From Dehalococcoidia bacterium (GTDB lineage Bacteria; Chloroflexota; Dehalococcoidia; Lucifugimonadales; VXLM01), in the NCBI GenBank assembly GCA_963662435.1, contig OY759598.1:2946507-3010506 (forward strand): a stretch of DNA of 64,000 nucleotides, written 5' to 3'. The notes beneath the pieces are model-generated. The model did not search any database and had not been told where the DNA came from. It worked only from the letters and a program-made list of their open reading frames with translations. The position numbers and the translations under genes are program-made. This document shows, one piece after another, positions 37,991 through 46,406 of this stretch. The first letter of the stretch is position 1, and each line of letters begins with the position of its first letter.

Positions 37991-38793
37991 TAGCCGATGA
38001 GGTTCTGGCCGCCGCCGCCGCCGAAGAAGCCGCCGCTGCGGCCACTTGAAAAGCCGGAACGTGTACTGCTGGAACCCCAGCTGCTGCGCACGCCCGTCCC
38101 GCTGCTCCGGAAGGTCCCGCTCGAACGAGCGCGGGACTGGTAGGACTGCCGGGCGCTGCTGCGATTTCGGTTGGCGGAGTCGTAATTGGATCCGGCAAAG
38201 CTCTTCTGGTTGTTGAAGAATGAGCCGTTCCTCGACACCTGGTTCCTGTAGGCGCCCGAACTGCGGTAGCGGGTTCGCTCGTTTCGAATTGGGGATACGC
38301 GGGACGCAGGGGTCGCGTATATGTAACGGGGGCCGGCGAACGAGGACAGAAGCAGGTAGGAGAAGAGGAAGCTTCCGGGGCCCCACGTCGAGTTGTAATA
38401 CCCATTGGCGTGGTGGCCCTGCATGGCGTAGCTCTTGTCTTCCTTTTCCGTAATGGTGAAGAGCTTCTCGTCCATTTGTTCGTTAATCTCAAGGTCGTCG
38501 TCGAGGTTTTCCCATCCCTCCAAGACGAAAGCCGTGTCGGTCTGTTCGGCCTTGATGAGAACGACGCCGTCTCCCTCAAAGATCTCGTTGACGCGCTTCT
38601 CAAATTCCGTGACGCTCTCGGACTCCTTGAAGGCGTTCTGCACGTCTTCAAGGTTGATGCGGCCCGCGGCGCCGTCCGTGGCGGCCCAGTCATCGTAGGA
38701 CGGCCCGGAACTGCACGCGGCAACAACCGGTCCCGCCGCCATTGCCAGGCCTGCCGACGCTCGGATTCCCAGCTTCCGCCATCGAGTGGTCAT
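37990..38793 (-). CDS. Lipoprotein with Gly/Ser/Arg-rich tail, paralog 1
   Basis: GGAGGT RBS; lipobox VAAC; tail GFSSGRSGGFFGGGGGQNLIG. Confidence 0.8.
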   Translation of the reverse strand: MTTRWRKLGIRASAGLAMAAGPVVAACSSGPSYDDWAATDGAAGRINLEDVQNAFKESESVTEFEKRVNEIFEGDGVVLIKAEQTDTAFVLEGWENLDDDLEINEQMDEKLFTITEKEDKSYAMQGHHANGYYNSTWGPGSFLFSYLLLSSFAGPRYIYATPASRVSPIRNERTRYRSSGAYRNQVSRNGSFFNNQKSFAGSNYDSANRNRSSARQSYQSRARSSGTFRSSGTGVRSSWGSSSTRSGFSSGRSGGFFGGGGGQNLIG

Positions 38794-38826
38794 ATCCTTA
38801 CCTCCCGTGGACGCTCGTCCCGGACG

Positions 38827-41800
38827 TTACACCAATATGGACTCCACGTCTTCTACAAGCACGATCGACGGTTCATCCTCATGGAACCCTTCTGCCTCGA
38901 ACGTCGCCAATCGAGAGACGAAATCATCCGACGCCTGCTCCATAAACTTACGGTACGCATCTTCGGCCCGAAAGACAAGCTCGGCAACAGCGCTGTTGTG
39001 ACCGGTCATGGACAATTGCGCGTTTACGATCAAGTCCTGTACGAGGTCGAGGTGTTCCGACCATAGCCCGTCGCTCACCTGCAATGCCATCGTCCTGGCC
39101 AGCCGAGTGTATCTTCGCGCACCCAGGACGTTCTCGGCATCACCGAATCGTGTGATTAATTCCTCGGAAATCTCGTCGCGCAGAGATTCGGTCCCCAGAC
39201 CGCGCAGGTCTTCGATGTCGATGCCGAAATCCAGTCTGACGGTCTCGGCCAAGTCGTCGAACCGCGATTGGTAGTCTCCAATTTCTCCGGACGGGAGCAG
39301 CGCATCGCCCAGGCGGCGGACGGCATCCTTCGCCATCTCCCGGCACGTCTCGCCAAATGCCGCGTCGTCGAGCACTGCGTTGCGACCCCTGTAGTAGATG
39401 AGGGTCTGGCGTTCCATGATGCGGGCAAGATCATAGGAGACGACTCGAACGGCCTCGGCGTCCTCTTCGATGGCCTTCTGCACCTGCTCGACAAGCCTCT
39501 GCACATCCCCGGGGTCAGCTCGCTCAAATCTGCGGTTCGACGTGACGAAGGGACGGTCCTCCAGCGACATGACGAAGCGTGAAGACCCGTGCTGCCCCTG
39601 TCTTCCACTCCGACCTCGGAGCTGCCTGTCTACGCGAGCCGCCTCGTTCATCTCCGTGCCGACTACGTGGAGCCCAAGGCCGAACTCCATGGAGACCTCG
39701 TCGCCCGTTCCTACAATCACGATGCCCGTTTCCGTGGCGTGATAGTCGAGTCCCATATCGGCGATTCGTGCGGCCAGCACGTCAGCAACGTCGCTGTGAC
39801 CGCAGTCCACGCGAATGGGGCTGCTGCAGGCAGAGCGGCGAGCGGTGAGTATCTCGACGAATCTATCCGTCACCCGATCGTCGAGGTCGTCGTCCAATAG
39901 GATGTCGGTGCCGCGACCCGCCATGTTGGTAGCCACGGTCACCGCGCCAAGCGATCCAGCCTCGCGGACGATTCGAGCCTCATCGCCGTTCCGCACGGCG
40001 TCCAGCCTGTTGTGCTCAATCTGCGCGTCACTGAGTAGACGGCTGATCTCGTCCGACTGCTCGACAGTCCGGGTGCCGACCAGCACAGGTCGGCCCATGC
40101 CGTTCCAGTACGCGACTTCCTCGGCTATGGCCTCAAGCTTCTCACTTCGTGTTGCGTAGATACGCGGTGGCCGGTCTACCCGGCGAGATGGACTGGCCGG
40201 TTCGACACGAGCAACCTTGAGGCCATACGCCCTTCGGAACGTCTCGCGGGCCTCCAGCGCCGTCCCTGTCATTCCTGATATGTGCTCGTACTGCCGGACG
40301 AGTCCCTCGACTGTCAGGTACGCTTGCGTGCGCGGGTCGGGACGTACACGGACTCCCTCCTTCGCTTCCAGCGCCGCCTGCAGGCCGTACTGGTACTTGC
40401 TGTCGGACTTGCGGCGTCCTGTAAGGTCGTCGATAAGGATGACCCGCCTCTCGGCCACGATATAGTCTTCGTCACGCGCCAGAAGGAGGTACGCGCGGAG
40501 CATCTGGTGCACCTGGTTGGCGATGCCGTACTGCCTCGTGATTCGGCGGGAGACGGCCTCCTTTCGCCGCCGTCGTTCCCCAAGCGGCACGTCCCGGTCG
40601 GCATCGACTACGTCAAGCTCCGCGTGGAGGTCCTTGGTATCGAACACGGGGCCCATCTGGCTCTCGATATACGCGCTTCCTCGAGCAGTCAGCGCGGTCA
40701 TACCGCGACGTATGTCCGTCGTATAGAGAAGACCCTCGGTGAGCTTGTTTTCGATGCCCTCCTCGGCGTGTACGTCAATCTCGGCACGAAGCCGACTGAT
40801 GAATCGTCCGTCGTTTGCCGCAGCGGTGACAATTGCCGAATGACGTGGGTCGGCGAGGAACAGCTTTGCATACAACTCGATACGGGCTGTCCCGTTCACT
40901 TCGTCGAGACCCTCCGTCAACGACTCCACGAGGCAACCCTGCTCGGCGATCAGCCCATCGACCGCCTGCTTAACGCGAAAAACTGAACGGACACTGCCGC
41001 CCGGCTTCCCGGAGATGATGAGCGGCGTTCGCCCGTCATCGACCAGCGCATGGTCGGCCTCGTCGACGATGGCGACCTCGAGATCGCCCTGTACCATGTC
41101 GTTCCGCGAGTGGCGCAGATTGTCGCGCAGGTAGTCGAAACCGAACTCCCGAAGGGTGCCGTAGACGATGTCGTTGCGGTAGGCGCTCCGCCGTTCCGCA
41201 TCGCTCATGTGACTCAGGACGACGCCGACCGTCAGCCCGAGGAACTCGTATGCCGGGGCCAGGAGTTCGGCATCACGCAGCGCAAGGTAGTCGTTCGCAG
41301 TGATGACGTGAACGCTGTGTCCGGAGAGAGCCTGCGCGATGGCGGGAAAGGCGGCAGCGACCGTCTTTCCCTCGCCCGCGTCCATCTCGACGACGGTGCG
41401 ATCAAGCATCAGCCGTCCCGCCTCTATCTGCTCGTCGGTTGGCTCGAACCTGAGAGCGTCGGCAAGGGACGATTCGCGAACTGCCCTGTAAAACCCAGCC
41501 GGAAGGTGTATGGCGGAGTAATACCGTGAGGCGCTCTCAGCAGCCACGTAGGCCAGGGTCTCGGCGACAAGCTTGTCGTTCCCTTCGATGTCCTCCGCGG
41601 GCACCCTATAGCCGTCAATATCGGGGTGAGCAAAATCCGGGTCGAAGACCTGCCATGCTCCGATTCGCCTTCTCACGGTCTCGTCGATGACGGCGAAACA
41701 CTTGGTCAGAGCCCCGTCGTCAAGTGGGCCGTGTCTCAATTGATCGGCGAACTCACAAAGCTCCTCGTCCGATGCTTGGGACAGATCGATGCTTCGGACG

Positions 41801-41865
41801 GCTGAGACGAACCCTCTTGAAGACCTGTCGGAGGACGAATTACTGGCAGCGGGAGCATCGGGCAC
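38827..41865 (-). CDS. secA: Divergent (accessory) SecA-family translocase ATPase
   Basis: EMDAGEGKT, HVITANDYLA.RD, EFGFDYLRDN, DEAD..LVDD.RTPLIISG, GMTGTA, GRPVLVGT, ATNMAGRGTDI, QLRGRSGRQG; no C-terminal CxC...CC/CH zinc motif. Confidence 0.92.
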   Translation of the reverse strand: MPDAPAASNSSSDRSSRGFVSAVRSIDLSQASDEELCEFADQLRHGPLDDGALTKCFAVIDETVRRRIGAWQVFDPDFAHPDIDGYRVPAEDIEGNDKLVAETLAYVAAESASRYYSAIHLPAGFYRAVRESSLADALRFEPTDEQIEAGRLMLDRTVVEMDAGEGKTVAAAFPAIAQALSGHSVHVITANDYLALRDAELLAPAYEFLGLTVGVVLSHMSDAERRSAYRNDIVYGTLREFGFDYLRDNLRHSRNDMVQGDLEVAIVDEADHALVDDGRTPLIISGKPGGSVRSVFRVKQAVDGLIAEQGCLVESLTEGLDEVNGTARIELYAKLFLADPRHSAIVTAAANDGRFISRLRAEIDVHAEEGIENKLTEGLLYTTDIRRGMTALTARGSAYIESQMGPVFDTKDLHAELDVVDADRDVPLGERRRRKEAVSRRITRQYGIANQVHQMLRAYLLLARDEDYIVAERRVILIDDLTGRRKSDSKYQYGLQAALEAKEGVRVRPDPRTQAYLTVEGLVRQYEHISGMTGTALEARETFRRAYGLKVARVEPASPSRRVDRPPRIYATRSEKLEAIAEEVAYWNGMGRPVLVGTRTVEQSDEISRLLSDAQIEHNRLDAVRNGDEARIVREAGSLGAVTVATNMAGRGTDILLDDDLDDRVTDRFVEILTARRSACSSPIRVDCGHSDVADVLAARIADMGLDYHATETGIVIVGTGDEVSMEFGLGLHVVGTEMNEAARVDRQLRGRSGRQGQHGSSRFVMSLEDRPFVTSNRRFERADPGDVQRLVEQVQKAIEEDAEAVRVVSYDLARIMERQTLIYYRGRNAVLDDAAFGETCREMAKDAVRRLGDALLPSGEIGDYQSRFDDLAETVRLDFGIDIEDLRGLGTESLRDEISEELITRFGDAENVLGARRYTRLARTMALQVSDGLWSEHLDLVQDLIVNAQLSMTGHNSAVAELVFRAEDAYRKFMEQASDDFVSRLATFEAEGFHEDEPSIVLVEDVESILV

Positions 41866-41884
41866 TGCGGCGACTCCTCGGGTC

Positions 41885-42520
41885 TCAGGACATCCCGATA
41901 GAACCCATCACGCGGCGGAAATCCCCGTTGTCCTCCGGTTCCGCTATGCGATAGACGGACGTGTACACTTCGCGGACGATGTTCGGCAGAGCCTCGACGA
42001 TCTTCTCCCTGCTTGCCGCCTGCGGTACGACTACGAGGTCCAGCCTCCGTCTCGCCAGGCCCTGAACGGCGGGCTGAACGTAGTCCAGTGGCGCGACGAA
42101 GGCACCCCAGTCAACGAGGTATTTCGCAATGAGCCAGCTGCCTTCCTCCTGTTCACTCAGCAGAAAGTCAGGGCCGGTCGGGGACTCCATCGAAAGCTCT
42201 GAGAGCAAGGCTGTCCTCATCTCCGTGTACAGTCCTCGCCGTCGGAACGGCTCCCTGACACCGGCGTAGAGGATCATGCTTCCGTTCACCTTGCGTAAGT
42301 ACACGCCGAGCATTGCGCCGGCGAGTCTGCCGTTATCGTACGTCGCCACCAGCTTCGGAGCGACCCGAGCGTCAGTGTCCGGAGAGACTGTCTGGCGAAA
42401 CGAATCGTGGCCTTCCACGGCTTCCACTCCGAGGGTCTCCACGAACAGGTCGTGAACCGTGCTGAGGACCTCAGGTTCTCCGTCCGGCACGCGAATTTCA
42501 CGGGCCGTTGCGGTGGTCAC
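41885..42520 (-). CDS. GNAT family N-acetyltransferase
   Basis: YAGVREPFRRRGLY motif A; GTG start overlaps the upstream stop (GTGA). Confidence 0.75.
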   Translation of the reverse strand: MTTATAREIRVPDGEPEVLSTVHDLFVETLGVEAVEGHDSFRQTVSPDTDARVAPKLVATYDNGRLAGAMLGVYLRKVNGSMILYAGVREPFRRRGLYTEMRTALLSELSMESPTGPDFLLSEQEEGSWLIAKYLVDWGAFVAPLDYVQPAVQGLARRRLDLVVVPQAASREKIVEALPNIVREVYTSVYRIAEPEDNGDFRRVMGSIGMS

Positions 42521-43581
42521 GTCAGCATCTCTCGGAACTCGTTCCACGTACGGCGGTCGGAGTCGATGTAAACAAGGACATCTTCGTCGGCGCAGGGGAC
42601 ATCGTGAAAGTTCAGGATCACGTCGCCGCCGCGCACGATCCCGACCAGGTTGACCCCATTGTCCAACAGCTTCGTCGCGATAAAGTCGTAGGAACCGTTT
42701 GGCCCGATTTCGCCCTCCACCTTCGTGGTGGACAGATTGCCCTCGACCTCGTTGCTGGTGATCGCCTGGGTTACTATCGCTACTCCCGGGTCCTGCGCCT
42801 CCTGTACGAGGAGGTTGGTCACAAGGCTCAGCGCGTACACGAGAGAGACCTGGTCGGACTTGTTGAACAGTGCCGCGTGTTTCGAGTCGAGACACTCGGC
42901 GACGATGTTGATGTTCGGATTCAAGTTCTCGACCACGAAGGCCACCGACGCGACAAAGCTGTCGGAGCGCGGGTCGTCGTAGCCGGTGCTGAGTATGATG
43001 GCCTGTTCGGCTCGCTCAATTCCCGCTCGGCGAAAGGTCGCTTCCTCCAGTGGTGAGCCGCGTACGAAAGACACGTTGGCCATGGCGAAGGGGAGTCGGT
43101 CTATGCCATCGGCCACGATCACGACATCCCGTTCCTTGTGCTGGGCGTCCGTTAGGAACTCGTCAATGACCTGCCGTACCCGGCTCTCGCCGGGGAAGTT
43201 GACGATCAACAGATGGTCTCGCGCGTCCGATTTGCCCATACCTGACCTCTCTCTGTCTCGGAGTTCCACGACCCAGTCCACCAGCATCCCCACGGACGTG
43301 GTGAACGCAGCCAGACCGATGATGACGATAAAGACCGTCGTTCCAATCCTCGCGCCAACGGTTGTGGAGGAAAAGTCGCCGTACCCGATGGTGGTGATCG
43401 ATATGACGCTGTACCAAAGGCTGTCCCAGATCCCCGGGGGATGTTCGATGACTCGCTCGAAGAAAAAGAAGTTGAGCGTGTTTCCAATGATGCTAACCGC
43501 GAGGGCGAACAGAAGAAACAGAGCGCCGAGTTCGCGGCGCCGTCTCATCTTGCGAATCAGCCTGTTTAGCGAGTAGAACAT
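42517..43581 (-). CDS. Two-TM potassium channel with RCK/TrkA-N domain
   Basis: Selectivity filter TTIGYGD, DSLWYS pore helix, FVRGSP..E..F.RAG RCK motif. Confidence 0.95.
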   Translation of the reverse strand: MFYSLNRLIRKMRRRRELGALFLLFALAVSIIGNTLNFFFFERVIEHPPGIWDSLWYSVISITTIGYGDFSSTTVGARIGTTVFIVIIGLAAFTTSVGMLVDWVVELRDRERSGMGKSDARDHLLIVNFPGESRVRQVIDEFLTDAQHKERDVVIVADGIDRLPFAMANVSFVRGSPLEEATFRRAGIERAEQAIILSTGYDDPRSDSFVASVAFVVENLNPNINIVAECLDSKHAALFNKSDQVSLVYALSLVTNLLVQEAQDPGVAIVTQAITSNEVEGNLSTTKVEGEIGPNGSYDFIATKLLDNGVNLVGIVRGGDVILNFHDVPCADEDVLVYIDSDRRTWNEFREMLT

Positions 43582-43620
43582 TCCTTGGTACCAGTCAATC
43601 GTGATTCCGCCCTGCTATCC

Positions 43621-45045
43621 CTAGCCGGATTCTCTGAATTCCGGACCTCGCCGGAAGGACGAATTCTCCAGTCCAATCACGGCAAGTCCCCCTTCGTGCC
43701 CGGCCCCATGGGCCTCGTCGTACCTGTCGAGTAGGTGGTCATACGAGTCCATTATGTACTCGGCCTTCTTCTGCTCCACTTTCGCGAACGCTTCGCCGAG
43801 CTGCCCCACGAGTCCCCACTCGTCAGAGACCTCACAGGCGAGTCCGGCCTCTTCACAGACGCGAAGGTACTCGGCCCGTATTGTATCGAATGTCTTGTCA
43901 GTTCTGTAGACGACCGGAGTGACCATGTAGTCCTTCGTGATGCACAGGCCCAGCTCGTTGTCGAATACCTGCACGAGATCAACAAAGGGAATCCACCCCT
44001 CCATCGCGAATATCATGTCCTCGACAATGTCCTGCGAGATGCGGTGATAGTAGAATTCTTCCTCCTTTACGGCCATTCGAACAGGGATGGGCTGCTTCGG
44101 CTCGTACCTCAGCACTTCTTCCGCCTCCGCGCCCGAAACGAACAGGAAGGGAACGTTGCCGTTGGTCGCATCGACGAGAAGCTCGATGCCGTCGATCTTG
44201 TACAGGAGCGCCAAGTGCTGCCAGTAGCGCATGAACCGCTTGGAGAAGCGAAAATCGAGCGTATTGAGCAGCTGCCGAATTCGGTCCTCAGGTACGGGGT
44301 CCGGTGTGGCAGGTCCGGAGAGGACGTACTCAGACTCCAGGCCGTATTGGTCTGTCAGAAATTTCAGGGCCTGCACCTTTTCCGAGCAGATGCCGCCACG
44401 CCCCTCGGCTATGTTGAGCACCGTCTCATCGCCCGACTTGAATACCAGCTTGCGCCCCACAAACCGCGAGTAGTTCTCGAAGTCGGCCTCCCAGATGCGG
44501 AGCGCAAGCGCGTGAACAAAGTCCGCCTTGGCGCTTGCCGATTCGAGGTCGGCTGAACGCTTCGCATTCTCAGGACCAAGCTGCGATTGAAGGGTATCCG
44601 CAACGAATCCGGAAAATATGTCGGAATGCATTTCCCATCTGCGACGGTGGAAGCCAGCCCAGTTGCGGTCGTATCCGACGCCGCTGCGGTCTATATGCAG
44701 GTCAACGACGAGAGCGTCCCTGTCCAAGATGGTGACTGGCTCGGCGTGCAGCGAGTCTTCGTCGCCCAGGAATCTCCCGTCCTGGAGAAACTCGACTCCC
44801 TCGAACATGCCGGTGAGGGTCCCGGAGTCGGACGAGATGTAAACGAGGTCTTGTATCGCCGTCAGGGTCTCTTCGGAGTCCTCGGTGATGCGGCGTTCTT
44901 GGCGCAGAGCCGCCAGGGGTGGACACTTGACGTACTTGTCGAGGATGCGATCGAGGGTCAGGTCAAGGTCGGCCGGATCGATGCGGAGCGCGCACCGCCG
45001 TGTCGTTACCAGGTCGGTCAGTTGCAGGATGACGTTCTCGGTCAA
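43621..45045 (-). CDS. Arylamine N-acetyltransferase/transglutaminase-like Cys-His-Asp enzyme with extra N- and C-terminal domains
   Basis: RGGICSEK (Cys), QHLALL (His), LVDATNG (Asp) match the NAT pattern RGGxC..., HxALxV, LVDxGxG. Confidence 0.75.
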   Translation of the reverse strand: MTENVILQLTDLVTTRRCALRIDPADLDLTLDRILDKYVKCPPLAALRQERRITEDSEETLTAIQDLVYISSDSGTLTGMFEGVEFLQDGRFLGDEDSLHAEPVTILDRDALVVDLHIDRSGVGYDRNWAGFHRRRWEMHSDIFSGFVADTLQSQLGPENAKRSADLESASAKADFVHALALRIWEADFENYSRFVGRKLVFKSGDETVLNIAEGRGGICSEKVQALKFLTDQYGLESEYVLSGPATPDPVPEDRIRQLLNTLDFRFSKRFMRYWQHLALLYKIDGIELLVDATNGNVPFLFVSGAEAEEVLRYEPKQPIPVRMAVKEEEFYYHRISQDIVEDMIFAMEGWIPFVDLVQVFDNELGLCITKDYMVTPVVYRTDKTFDTIRAEYLRVCEEAGLACEVSDEWGLVGQLGEAFAKVEQKKAEYIMDSYDHLLDRYDEAHGAGHEGGLAVIGLENSSFRRGPEFRESG

Positions 45046-45920
45046 GCCGTCTCGCCTTCCGACCAGTAGGACACTCCCAGCAGTCCAGGCCCGGTGTGCG
45101 CCCCTATCACCGGGGAAAAAGTCCCCACGTAGAGCTCCGCGCAGTTGAACTCCGAAGCTATCCGCTCCTCCAATTCCCGCGCCTCGTCTGGCACATTACC
45201 CTGCAGGACGGCCGCGTGGAGCCTCGCCTTCCCAACGTCCTCGTGGAGGAGATCCACGAGCTTCCCTTTCGCTCGCTTGGCGGTGCGCACCTTGGCTATC
45301 GTCCTCACATCCCCCCGATACATCTCGAATATCGGCTTGACCTGCAGGAGCGACGTCCCCAGGTGCGCCAGCACGGGCACCCGACCTCCTTTGAGGAGGT
45401 AGTAGAGCGAGTCGAGCGTTGCAATCACCTTGACATGCGGAACGAGCTCCTTCGTTCGCCGGATGATCTCATCAGCAGTATGGCCGCCGGCTGAGAGCCG
45501 AAGCGCTTCTATCACCAGGAGGCCCGAACCGGTGGCGCTCTCGGTATCGACCACCTCTATGCGTTTGTCTATCAGTTTCTCAGACGCCTCGCGCGCGCCA
45601 AGCACCGCGGAGTCGTGGGTCATGCTGAACTTTGAGGAGAGGACGAGGCAGACGACGCTGTCGCTCACCTCTGTGGCCGCCTCGAATGCCTGGGCGAATT
45701 GTTCAGGCGAGGGTCCTGACGTGGCGGGCGGACGCTTGAGCCTTCGCAGCGTCTCGTAAAACTCTCCAGGCGAAACGTCGAGCCCTTCTCGGTAGGTCGT
45801 CCCGTCGATTACCATCTGATGGGGGACGACATGCAGGTATTCGTCCGCCTCATCCGCCAACTTGTCAGGCAGAGACGCCGCACTGTCTGTCACGATGGAT
45901 ACCCGGCTTTTCCGCTGCAC
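45042..45920 (-). CDS. DegV family fatty-acid-binding protein
   Basis: IVTDSAASLP, TSGPSP, LSSKFS, VVDT, L.KGGR, KPI, IGAHTGPG. Confidence 0.95.
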   Translation of the reverse strand: MQRKSRVSIVTDSAASLPDKLADEADEYLHVVPHQMVIDGTTYREGLDVSPGEFYETLRRLKRPPATSGPSPEQFAQAFEAATEVSDSVVCLVLSSKFSMTHDSAVLGAREASEKLIDKRIEVVDTESATGSGLLVIEALRLSAGGHTADEIIRRTKELVPHVKVIATLDSLYYLLKGGRVPVLAHLGTSLLQVKPIFEMYRGDVRTIAKVRTAKRAKGKLVDLLHEDVGKARLHAAVLQGNVPDEARELEERIASEFNCAELYVGTFSPVIGAHTGPGLLGVSYWSEGETA

Positions 45921-46062
45921 GACGCGACGACACCTTCCTCAGCAGTCGCTTTCGCCGCATCATATCACGGCGATTCACCGGCGATGAAAGCGTGGGCGGG
46001 GAACCACCGCACTCAAGATGGCGAGCACGTACAAGAAGTCGGATGCGTGCCTTGATAAGAAG

Positions 46063-46254
46063 CTATGACCACCATATGGGAGGCATACCGATCACTCTCG
46101 CGAAGGCGCCGACGACTGCACCGACCACTGCACCTATCGCCACTCCAATGATGGCGCCCACCACCGGTGACAACGCATATCCGATCATGCCGCCGAGAAT
46201 CGCTCCGACGAAGGCGCCGAACTTTGCATCACCCGCATTGGCATGTTTCATCAT
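46063..46254 (-). CDS. Small glycine-zipper membrane protein
   Basis: GGGAG RBS; GAxxG repeats. Confidence 0.6.
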   Translation of the reverse strand: MMKHANAGDAKFGAFVGAILGGMIGYALSPVVGAIIGVAIGAVVGAVVGAFARVIGMPPIWWS

Positions 46255-46286
46255 GTGCCTCTCCCTTCTAGGGTGTGTTGACACTC

Positions 46287-46371
46287 TGTCATTCTGAACG
46301 GAGCGGAGTGAAGAATCTAAAATCGTCGCTCAGGCACAGCTTTCAGACTCTCCGCTTCGCCCGGAATCACA
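46287..46371. repeat. REP-like family C inverted doublet
   Basis: TGTCATTCTGAACGGAGCGGAGTGAAGAATCT ... AGACTCTCCGCTTCGCCCGGAATCACA. Confidence 0.65.
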
Positions 46372-46406
46372 AAGAAAAGCGGAATAAACGGAAATATCAA
46401 CACTAC

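Noticed and set aside
38827..41865. DEAD motif suggesting an RNA helicase or defence ATPase
   Set aside because: All surrounding motifs are SecA-specific.
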